A stretch of 32,000 nucleotides of DNA from Promethearchaeia archaeon (GCA_046497275.1 JAWOFX010000134.1:5368-37367), one strand, 5' to 3'. Shown: positions 17,365 to 25,637, numbered from the stretch's first letter. The notes: generated from the sequence alone by a model not told the origin. Program-made: numbers and translations.

Positions 17365-18228
17365 TTATTTTTTATATCCTTGCGGACAGATTTTTAAACA
17401 ATAGGAACAGTAATTATTATCTAAAATACTTTGTATACATTTCGATCTGTCTATATGGGTAATATGTGGAGAATTATCGCGTTCGATGGGGTCCTTGTAG
17501 GCCGCATTTCCTTTACATTCTCTCACACAAGCACCGCACCCCTCACAAAATTCTTTTAATGCATCTAGATTTCTTTTTTCAGATTCAGGTATCTCAGCAT
17601 CAGTCGTTATAATGCTCCATCTTTGACGGGGTCCAAACTCAGGTGTAATGATTAATCCATTCTGTCCTTTAATGCCGAGTCCTGCTGCGACTGCGTGTGG
17701 ACCATATAATAGTTTTCCACCAAATGGATGGTGCGCTTCGCTTTTATATCCCTTACTTTTTAAATACTCCGCCAGTCCAATAGTCACATCTCCCAATACT
17801 TTATAGACTCGAAATACTTCAATTTCACAAATTGCGCTTGGGGCTGTTTTAATTTTATCCCATTTCATCTCCATTCCCAACACAATCGCATTTTTTCCAT
17901 ATACTTTTAAATTATGAAAAATAAATCTCTCGTCTACTGGAGTATAACCAATAAAATCTACATTTAATTCTCTAGCTTTGGCTTCAAAATCTTTCCAAAA
18001 TTGAGGAGTTGTTTGGGTTTTAGTATTATTTTCATTCCCATATTTAGTCTTTCGAGCATCTTGAAATCCTTTAAACGTCCCTCTAATATATTTACTAAAT
18101 TCTTTTGCCAAATCACGATCAATGGTTTCCGCTGGACCTGCACTCATATTAAAAAGCTCTTTAGGGACAATAAACTTGAGATCTTCATTCTTTCCTACAT
18201 ACGTCGGTTCTATTTCTATTTTTGACAT
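17365..18228 (-). CDS. Reductive dehalogenase (RdhA)-like / QueG-like 2x[4Fe-4S] cobamide protein, no Tat signal
   Basis: VDFIGYT, NAIVLGMEM, AEYLKSKGY..EAH, AVAAGLG..GQNGLIITPEFGPRQRWSIITTD, FCEGCGACVREC and C-x9-CSYCLKICP. Confidence 0.82.
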   Translation of the reverse strand: MSKIEIEPTYVGKNEDLKFIVPKELFNMSAGPAETIDRDLAKEFSKYIRGTFKGFQDARKTKYGNENNTKTQTTPQFWKDFEAKARELNVDFIGYTPVDERFIFHNLKVYGKNAIVLGMEMKWDKIKTAPSAICEIEVFRVYKVLGDVTIGLAEYLKSKGYKSEAHHPFGGKLLYGPHAVAAGLGIKGQNGLIITPEFGPRQRWSIITTDAEIPESEKRNLDALKEFCEGCGACVRECKGNAAYKDPIERDNSPHITHIDRSKCIQSILDNNYCSYCLKICPQGYKK

Positions 18229-18319
18229 TTCTTAATCAAATCAATTGTTCTTTTATTTTCAATAAAACTTTATTTTTGGAACTTTGTTAAATAATATTTT
18301 ATATGTCAATCTTCGTGAT

Positions 18320-19432
18320 TTATTCTCGATTTTCTTCATATATTGTATTTTGTAGGATGGCGGGATTTTTAAATAATTTATTTCGATCTTCTCGATGAAG
18401 AGTAATAGCTTTTGTAGGACATGTAACCGCACAAACTCCACATCCATAACATTTATTTGGATTAACATCGGCTTTCTCATCGATTAATGTGACTGCGTCA
18501 AAAGGACATCTCTCTACACATAATCCACATCCTTTACAGAGACCTTTATCCACTTTTGATACATAATTTGATTTTGCTAAACAGTTCTCATTTTTATCTT
18601 CAAATCTCGTCATACCCCTCACGAAGGCACAACAGCACTCACAACAGCAACATAAAACCTGGTGATTAATATTATCATGATTTTCCGTAGTAAAAACCAA
18701 TCCTGCTTTTGCAAACTTATCAACTAACTCCTTCGCCTCTTTAATTGATAATTCTCTGCCCTCTCCTCGTCTAATAAAATATGATCCAAAGAATCCTAAT
18801 TGAAAACATGAATCCTCTACAGGATATTTTCCTTTGCATTCTCTTTCGCCAAGAATCTCTTTCCGCTTCCTACAAGGACAATCTGTTATTACGATGGGCT
18901 TTTGACAATCCTCTAAGATTCTATGAACTTCCTCAACGTATAATATTTCTGTTTCATAATTTATTGACTGCTCTACAGGGACTACTCGCATTAATGAGGT
19001 GCCTTTATCAGATGTTTCATATCTCTTATAAAATTGTTCATCTATAAAGAATCTATTATATAACTCTGCCCCCTTCTCTCCCAACCGTTCTAAGGCTTTG
19101 GAATATTTATATCCTACATTGAATAAATGCGCGATGGTGAGAAAATACGAATATCCTCCAATATCTTGAATTATCCCCTTATCTGCCATATCTTCTAAGA
19201 TTTTTTCAACTTCTTCTTTTTCTTTTCCAATTTTTTTCGCTAAAATTCTTACAGATTGTGGTTTAACTCGAAGATATTGTGCGATCTCAGCCTCTTCAGG
19301 AGTAAATAGTAATTCGATAAATTCTCTGAATGCTTTAGATACCTTTCCATCCGTAATAGGGATATCTTGTGGATATTCTCGCATATTTTCTATTATTTTT
19401 TCATAAGGGTTTTTATCTTGTGAGTTTGTCAT
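18320..19432 (-). CDS. 4Fe-4S dicluster protein with N-terminal helix-turn-helix-like region and Cys-rich central domain
   Basis: LFTPEEAEIA, DCPCR, SCFQLG, LCCCCECCC, then two ferredoxin motifs CKGCGLCVERCP and CYGCGVCAVTCP. Confidence 0.85.
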   Translation of the reverse strand: MTNSQDKNPYEKIIENMREYPQDIPITDGKVSKAFREFIELLFTPEEAEIAQYLRVKPQSVRILAKKIGKEKEEVEKILEDMADKGIIQDIGGYSYFLTIAHLFNVGYKYSKALERLGEKGAELYNRFFIDEQFYKRYETSDKGTSLMRVVPVEQSINYETEILYVEEVHRILEDCQKPIVITDCPCRKRKEILGERECKGKYPVEDSCFQLGFFGSYFIRRGEGRELSIKEAKELVDKFAKAGLVFTTENHDNINHQVLCCCCECCCAFVRGMTRFEDKNENCLAKSNYVSKVDKGLCKGCGLCVERCPFDAVTLIDEKADVNPNKCYGCGVCAVTCPTKAITLHREDRNKLFKNPAILQNTIYEENRE

Positions 19433-19501
19433 TTTTCATAACTTAATTACTTTTTTTCAATTTAGAAGTGTTCTATATTACTTTCTTCTTGAACTATTTA
19501 A

Positions 19502-19574
19502 AGATTTACACTGCAGATTTACAATAGTGATAAGATTTATAAATAAAAAAATTCAATATTAATTTATAAATCTT
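19502..19574. promoter_or_regulatory. Divergent promoter core with repeats
   Basis: AGATTTACA at 19502 and 19515 and AGATTTATA at 19533 (direct repeats); perfect 13-bp inverted repeat AAGATTTATAAAT (19532-19544) / ATTTATAAATCTT (19562-19574), each arm containing TTTATAAA. Confidence 0.55.
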
Positions 19575-19626
19575 TTGTTTAGTATGAAAAATTAAAAACC
19601 TAAAGTGGCTTAAAAATATTATAACG

Positions 19627-19660
19627 TATACAAATTTAATATTAAACTAGTATTTGTATA
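19627..19660. promoter_or_regulatory. Inverted repeat upstream of the right-arm DUF169 gene (candidate operator)
   Basis: TATACAAAT (19627-19635) -N16- ATTTGTATA (19652-19660), a perfect 9-bp inverted repeat ending 23 bp before ATG 19684. Confidence 0.4.
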
Positions 19661-19683
19661 AAAAATTCCATGAGATTAAAAAA

Positions 19684-20535
19684 ATGTCAGAAATTATAGA
19701 AGAATTTAGAACAACGGGACAAAAATTCTATAATAAACTCAGATTATTAACTTATCCAGTTGCGATAAAATTTATCAAGGATTACGAGGAGATTCCAGAA
19801 GAAGCCCACAGACCTTCCAAGATTGGACAAACAATTACTTTATGTCAAGCCTTCACGATGGCACGACGCTGGGGAGAGCATGTTGCTATGGCCTATGAAG
19901 ATAATGCATGCATAACTAGTTCTCTTGTTCATCAATGGAAAAAGGTTCCAATTAAAGATATAATTGAATCCCAGATAAAATCTGGCTATCATAAAGATGC
20001 AAAAGCTGAAATAGCGGTTCAATCTCAATATAGTGCTTTAGCAAAGAAGGAAAATTATCTCAAAATCAAGGATCATGTAGGATTCATCGTCTCTCCTCTC
20101 ACTAAAACGATTGTGGAACCAGATGTTATTCTAGTTTATGGGGATCCCGCTCAGATGACGCATATCGTACAAGCATTAAGCTATGAGGGAAAATACCTTG
20201 TAAATTCTTCATTTATTGGATTTGGAGAGTCATGTCTTAAAGGTGTCCTAATACCATATATTACAGATAAGCCGGAGGTTGTATTGCCTGGTACTGGAGA
20301 TAGAACACTCGCATTAACAAAGGAAGAGGAGATGGCCATAGGTATGCCAGCCAAACTCATTTCATATGTCAATGAAAATCTTTTCAAATCAGGAGAATCA
20401 TTCAATATGGGAGAACCATCGAGATTTTTTGTTGGAAATATCCCCGAAGGGTTTGGACCACCAGCATGGAGCTTTTTAAAGAGAAAGGTAGAAAACCAAG
20501 AAAAGAAAAATGCAAAAAAAGAAAACTCAAGCTAA
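19684..20535 (+). CDS. DUF169-family protein, paralog 3
   Basis: ATG 19684 is preferred over the track's TTG 19654 by comparison with paralog N-termini. Motifs: YPVAIKF, LCQAFTMARR, NACIT, PDVILVYG, GESCL, PGTGDR, MAIGMP. Confidence 0.87.
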   Translation: MSEIIEEFRTTGQKFYNKLRLLTYPVAIKFIKDYEEIPEEAHRPSKIGQTITLCQAFTMARRWGEHVAMAYEDNACITSSLVHQWKKVPIKDIIESQIKSGYHKDAKAEIAVQSQYSALAKKENYLKIKDHVGFIVSPLTKTIVEPDVILVYGDPAQMTHIVQALSYEGKYLVNSSFIGFGESCLKGVLIPYITDKPEVVLPGTGDRTLALTKEEEMAIGMPAKLISYVNENLFKSGESFNMGEPSRFFVGNIPEGFGPPAWSFLKRKVENQEKKNAKKENSS

Positions 20536-20593
20536 TTTTTCATACAAATCAAATTATATTTAATTAAAAAATTGAATAAGATGAATAAAAAAA

Positions 20594-21874
20594 ATGGAAA
20601 ACAATAGTTCAGAGCCCGTGAGTAAAAATTATTTTAGATATCTCGTATTTGTTTTAGTTTTAGTCCAATTAATCGATTCCTACAGCACTTCTTTCCCAAC
20701 ATTAGTCCCAGACAGCATAATAAATGAATTTCTCTCTGGGTTTACCAATCCTGAATCTATATTTGCTTTTGTAATTGCATTAGCATCGGTTGGTATGTAT
20801 TTTTGTGCATTTAACACCTATTTATCTGATAGAATAGGAAGAAAAACCATGTTAGCAGTGACAGTCTTTGGAATGGTACTTATAGCAATTTTAATTAACT
20901 TTTCCACTAGCATCATTGATTTTACTATATATCTATTCTTTTTATGGTTTTTTACACGATCTGACGTATGGATGATATATATAGGAGAAGAAGCTCCCAA
21001 AGAAAAAAGAGCTTTTTGGACTAATATTATCTTAATTTTTGGATTAGCCGGGGCAATTTTAGCCCCAATTGTCCGATCTAGATTCATTACTGAAACAACT
21101 CAAAACTGGAGAGGTATAACGTGGTTGGTTATAATAATAGGTGTTCCTTTAGGGCTATTAATTCTATTTACTCTAAAGGAGCCGGTTATCTACACTGATA
21201 TGAAAAAAGATTTAGATTCAAAGCAGAGAATAAATACTCTAAAAGAAAATATTTCCGGTATTTTTAAATCTTCCAATGGAACACAAATAAAAGTCTGTTT
21301 AATTATAAGTTTTATTTTCGGGATGAATTCAATCTTCAGAAATTTAGTAGTACGAGCTGTTTCCTTAAGTCCATATTTAACCCAAGATCAAATTAGCTTA
21401 ATGATGTTAATTGGAGTTGTTGCTGTATACATGGCGGTTATTTTGATCGGAACTCTTGCAGATAAGTTTGGTCGCCTTCCATTACTCTATTTCTTTTCAG
21501 TCATGATTCCTATTGCGAGAGTTATGTTTGCATTAGTGGCATTTCAACCGCTTTTAACTTTTCCCCTGACCGTGATATTTACGAGCATGTCAGAATTTGG
21601 CTATTGGGGCGGATGGATTACTCTTAGTATTGTTATACTGGAACTTGTTCCAACAGAAGCTCGTGGGAGTGGAAGTGGATTAAAATCGTTCTTTGGTGCA
21701 TTTGGAATAACAGTCGGCTTTCTCTCGACGAGTGTATTTACTTTATTTTTTGATCTAAGTATTTCATTCGTTATTCTGGGCCTATTTACAATCATTGCTA
21801 TCCCACTAATATATAAATATTTGAAGGAAACGAAAAAGGTTGATATGAGAGAGATTTCCAAGTTAAAAACATAA
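20594..21874 (+). CDS. Major facilitator superfamily transporter
   Basis: About 12 hydrophobic segments, with motif A in both halves (LSDRIGRK, LADKFGR), EEAPKEKRA, and ELVPTEARG. Confidence 0.92.
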   Translation: MENNSSEPVSKNYFRYLVFVLVLVQLIDSYSTSFPTLVPDSIINEFLSGFTNPESIFAFVIALASVGMYFCAFNTYLSDRIGRKTMLAVTVFGMVLIAILINFSTSIIDFTIYLFFLWFFTRSDVWMIYIGEEAPKEKRAFWTNIILIFGLAGAILAPIVRSRFITETTQNWRGITWLVIIIGVPLGLLILFTLKEPVIYTDMKKDLDSKQRINTLKENISGIFKSSNGTQIKVCLIISFIFGMNSIFRNLVVRAVSLSPYLTQDQISLMMLIGVVAVYMAVILIGTLADKFGRLPLLYFFSVMIPIARVMFALVAFQPLLTFPLTVIFTSMSEFGYWGGWITLSIVILELVPTEARGSGSGLKSFFGAFGITVGFLSTSVFTLFFDLSISFVILGLFTIIAIPLIYKYLKETKKVDMREISKLKT

Positions 21875-21888
21875 AAAGTTGATTTAAC

Positions 21889-23397
21889 ATGAGTGAAAGG
21901 ATGAATGTATTATTTATAATTACAGACCAACAGAGAGCAGATCACTTAGGATGCTACGGAAACCCAATATTAAATACTCCTAATATTGATAAGATCGCGG
22001 ATGAGGGAGTACGCTTTACAAATGCGTATTGTGCAAATCCTATGTGCATGCCAAATCGTGCAACGTTGTTAACGGGTTTATTTCCTAATGCACATGGAGT
22101 CAGGAGTAACGGAATAAATCTTCCTGAAGATATTCCTACTATTGCTGAAACTTTACGAGAAAGAGGATGGTATACGAAGTCTATAGGAAAAACCCATTAT
22201 CAATTTAATTTTCCTCCTTATAAACGATCTTCAGAATCAGCGGAATTGATCTCTGAATGGATTCGACCTAAAACTGTGGAGAAAAAGAAAAAACGGTTTG
22301 AATCTCCTTATTATGGATTTGAAGATGTCGAAATTACACTAGGTCATGGAGATTTAGTCGCTGGGCATTATCTTGATTGGTTAGAAGAACGATCTCCGAA
22401 ACACGCTCTTGAGATTAAGAAACGATTTACTAAATTTTTTGATAATCTTATGTATGAAACATCATTGCCAATAGAATTATATCCGACTACTTATGTAAAA
22501 GAGAGAACCATCAATTTCTTTGAAAAATATAAAAAAGGAGATTTTGAAGATAAACCATTCTTTCTTCATTGTTCTTTTCCTGATCCGCATCATCCTGTCT
22601 GTCCCCCCGGAAATTATTATGATATGTTTGATCAAGATAAAATTGAATTACCAGAAAGTTTCGATGATGCTGAGAATCTTTACGACCATCATTTTCTGGG
22701 AAGATATTTAAAAGACCCAATATTTCGTGGGGCTTTACTACGAGAATCCTCTGAAGAAGATGCTAAGAAATTCCTTGCACTTACATACGGTTCAATTTCT
22801 ATGATCGATCATAGTGTAGGGGAGATATTAGCCTCCTTAAGTAAATTGGGATTAGAAGATAATACTATGGTGATTTATACGAGCGATCATGGTGATTTAG
22901 CGGGAGATCATGGACTATTGCTTAAAGGCCCATCACCCTATAAAGGTATACTTAATGTTCCATTGATTTGGAAAGTGCCAGAGATAACAGAAAAAGGTAT
23001 TTCGGATTCTTTAATCAGTTCAGTTGATATTCCAAAAACAATATTGGAATTATTGAACATAAAGGAGCGCCACCAACCACCCGATATGCAGGGTTATGAT
23101 ATGACACCCATTTTACAGAATCCAAACGAGACGGTTAGAGATTGTTGTTTGATTGAGGAAGACGAGGAAGTAACAAATATTCAAATACGACTACGTCATT
23201 TAATCACAGATAAATATAAATTAACGGTTTACGAGGGATTTGATAAAGGTGACCTTTATGATTTAGAAGCGGATCCGAATGAATTAAATAATTTATGGGA
23301 TACACAGAAGGAGATACGTAAGGAGTTGGTTTATAAGTTATTACAAGAAAATCTAAAAGTGCAAGCAAGATACCCAAAACGAGAATCTCTTACATAG
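21889..23397 (+). CDS. Cys-type sulfatase-family hydrolase (copy B)
   Basis: NVLFIITDQQR, CMPNRA, GKTH, DPHHP, YTSDHGDLAGDHGL, LYDLEADPNELNNLW; 14 bp after the MFS gene. Confidence 0.95.
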   Translation: MSERMNVLFIITDQQRADHLGCYGNPILNTPNIDKIADEGVRFTNAYCANPMCMPNRATLLTGLFPNAHGVRSNGINLPEDIPTIAETLRERGWYTKSIGKTHYQFNFPPYKRSSESAELISEWIRPKTVEKKKKRFESPYYGFEDVEITLGHGDLVAGHYLDWLEERSPKHALEIKKRFTKFFDNLMYETSLPIELYPTTYVKERTINFFEKYKKGDFEDKPFFLHCSFPDPHHPVCPPGNYYDMFDQDKIELPESFDDAENLYDHHFLGRYLKDPIFRGALLRESSEEDAKKFLALTYGSISMIDHSVGEILASLSKLGLEDNTMVIYTSDHGDLAGDHGLLLKGPSPYKGILNVPLIWKVPEITEKGISDSLISSVDIPKTILELLNIKERHQPPDMQGYDMTPILQNPNETVRDCCLIEEDEEVTNIQIRLRHLITDKYKLTVYEGFDKGDLYDLEADPNELNNLWDTQKEIRKELVYKLLQENLKVQARYPKRESLT

Positions 23398-23517
23398 GAG
23401 ATCAATAAAACTATTCATAATTTTTAGAATTTCAATTTTTCTTTTAAAAAATATTTCTACTTTTTTTCTAAAAAAATAAAATGAGTATTTAGAATTATTA
23501 ATTTAATTATTTGTGTT

Positions 23518-24231
23518 CTACTCTTCCTTAGTAATAAAACGCTTCATCCAGTCAGGTAAAGCAAATCCTGCATATACTCCAAATAAACTTGGTATGAAAA
23601 ATATCAGAGGTAACACCGAAATATTTGTAATTGAAAAGAAAACTCCTCCCACAGCAAACAATATGACTCCTAGTAATATCATTTTTGCTTTAAATCTAAC
23701 TTCTGCGCTCGGAGAATCTTTAGATTTATACCAAATCAAGAATCCTGTTAATAATAAGATAACAAGTCGAATTAAATTGCGAATTCTTAGAAATAAGCCA
23801 TGGGATGCCATAATCGTTCCACTTATGCTTCCTATCAACGGTTGATTAGTAAATAAGAGTACATAAAATAATATTATTAAAATTATGAGATATACTGAAT
23901 ATATCCCAATAATTATTTTCTTTTTGCTTTTATAAGTCATGTCTGTAAACGCCAAAAGCCAAAAGAAAATACCAAACGTAAATCCATAACCCAAGATGTA
24001 GTATATCTCAAATGGAAGTGCTTGACTAACGATTAGAAACGAAATAAACGAAATAGATATAGGTAACCAAGGAAAGGACATGAAAAAGATTGCGATACCC
24101 GTGTATAATAAACGCTTATCTTTATATTTATAATAATTCCTAAGAATTGATATTCCTATATAGAAGAAAAAAACGTTTATTATTATAGCGACGATTCCAT
24201 TAAAAAATTCTATAGGTGGTAATGTTGCCAT
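23518..24231 (-). CDS. Hypothetical multi-pass (about 7 TM) membrane protein
   Basis: 237 aa, about seven hydrophobic helices with basic cytoplasmic loops; no recognisable catalytic motif. Confidence 0.7.
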   Translation of the reverse strand: MATLPPIEFFNGIVAIIINVFFFYIGISILRNYYKYKDKRLLYTGIAIFFMSFPWLPISISFISFLIVSQALPFEIYYILGYGFTFGIFFWLLAFTDMTYKSKKKIIIGIYSVYLIILIILFYVLLFTNQPLIGSISGTIMASHGLFLRIRNLIRLVILLLTGFLIWYKSKDSPSAEVRFKAKMILLGVILFAVGGVFFSITNISVLPLIFFIPSLFGVYAGFALPDWMKRFITKEE

Positions 24232-24408
24232 TTTTTAATCATTAATGATTATTTTTGAACTACTTATATAAGTTTCAACATAAATATATTTCGAATACCA
24301 TAAAGTCCAAATTTTCTATTAAGATGAAAATTTATTTAGTCCAATGAAGAATTATATTAATTAATCTACCCAAATAATAGGTATTAAACAAAAAATAGAG
24401 TGAATAGT

Positions 24409-24867
24409 ATGGTACATGAAGAAAATACTAAGGTTAGTATTCAGCTTGATAAGGATTTAATTTTTAAGTCTCTTTTTGATTTTGAAAAAACAAGAGAAAT
24501 TTTTATAGATGAGACATTAGAGGAGACCGAACAAATGATTGGTCCCGATGCAGCAACCTTATTAGGCATGACCGTTATCAGTTGCTTAAGCGCGAGCTTT
24601 ATATTCTGCTTAAATAAAAGAAATCTCACGATAGATGATTTAGAAGCTTCAGCAGATATTTCTTTTTACAAAACAGAAAAGGGATATCAACGCATTGAGA
24701 ATATAGATGTGAAAATGAAACCGAAAACAGATGATCCTGATGTTTTAAAAAGGATAAAGCAATGTACTCGGGAGATGAGAAGCGGGGATATGTTTTTTGA
24801 GGAAACTTGCATAATCACTCCATCAGTAAGAGAAGGCATCAATATTAAGGTAAATGTTGATTTATAA
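24409..24867 (+). CDS. OsmC/Ohr-family protein
   Basis: GPDAATLLGMTVISCLSAS (first Cys) and CIITPSVREGINIKVNV (second Cys, C-terminal pattern). ATG 24409 follows GAGTGA; GTG 24400 is an alternative start. Confidence 0.8.
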   Translation: MVHEENTKVSIQLDKDLIFKSLFDFEKTREIFIDETLEETEQMIGPDAATLLGMTVISCLSASFIFCLNKRNLTIDDLEASADISFYKTEKGYQRIENIDVKMKPKTDDPDVLKRIKQCTREMRSGDMFFEETCIITPSVREGINIKVNVDL

Positions 24868-24977
24868 TCATCTAATTTTTTATAAAAATATAAGAAATAA
24901 AAATAGAAGTTAAAATTTTAAGATAAAATTTAGTTGTTAGAAATGGAGAATCAATTTTTAAAATTAAAGAAAAAGAG

Positions 24978-25457
24978 TTATTGGCTTTTATTTTTAATTT
25001 CTTGAACAAATTGATCGATTTTTTCTTGGTATTTATCTTCCTCTATTTCTTTTTGGATAATATGAGCTGTAGCGATAGGATCCTTTCCACAAAATTCACT
25101 AATGCTTTCGATCAATGGATCCCCTTTTTTTCCAGAAGATGTTATTAAAATGGCCACTTTATTTAGTTGATCCTTATATCTTGTAATATAAGTTCTAAGA
25201 GCAGGGGTCATTTTCCCAGCCCAAGTGGGCGTCCCTAAAATTATTAAACCATAATTACTCGGGTCTTTTTCCATATCTTCAATTTCTGTCAATTTTTCAC
25301 GAACCGCCTGATATCCAGAATAAAACCATCTAACAAATCCGGATCGTTTTGTCTTGTCAATTATCTCATCCAGCTCAGCATCTAATTTCGCCGCGATTTC
25401 TTCTGCCATTTTTTTTGTATTTCCCGTTCTTGTGTAGTAAACTACTAAAGTATTCAT
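24978..25457 (-). CDS. Flavodoxin-family protein
   Basis: LVVYYTRTGNTKKMAEEIA FMN-binding loop; IILGTPTWAG. Confidence 0.92.
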   Translation of the reverse strand: MNTLVVYYTRTGNTKKMAEEIAAKLDAELDEIIDKTKRSGFVRWFYSGYQAVREKLTEIEDMEKDPSNYGLIILGTPTWAGKMTPALRTYITRYKDQLNKVAILITSSGKKGDPLIESISEFCGKDPIATAHIIQKEIEEDKYQEKIDQFVQEIKNKSQ

Positions 25458-25637
25458 AATTATATACCTCTTTTTAAAAATTATTTATTAAGTAATTAAT
25501 CCTTTATTCCTATTTTTTATAAATTAATTTTGTTGCCATGTCTTAAAAATTCTTAGAGGATAGTATCAAAATTTTATATTAACCAATAATTTCTTAAAAT
25601 AGTTGAGTTTCACTAGTTTCTTATCATATGTGATATT

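Noticed and set aside
12214-18228. Calling either Fe-S/cobamide protein a true queG or a respiratory rdhA
   Set aside because: No other queuosine genes, Tat signal or rdhB anchor are visible; only family-level similarity is supportable.
19654-19683. Track's TTG start for DUF169 paralog 3
   Set aside because: ATG 19684 matches the paralogs' N-termini, and the TTG lies within the inverted repeat at 19652-19660.
23518-24231. 7TM protein as a microbial rhodopsin, given the light-related genes in the window
   Set aside because: No retinal-binding lysine motif in the last helix and no recognisable helix C counter-ion motif.
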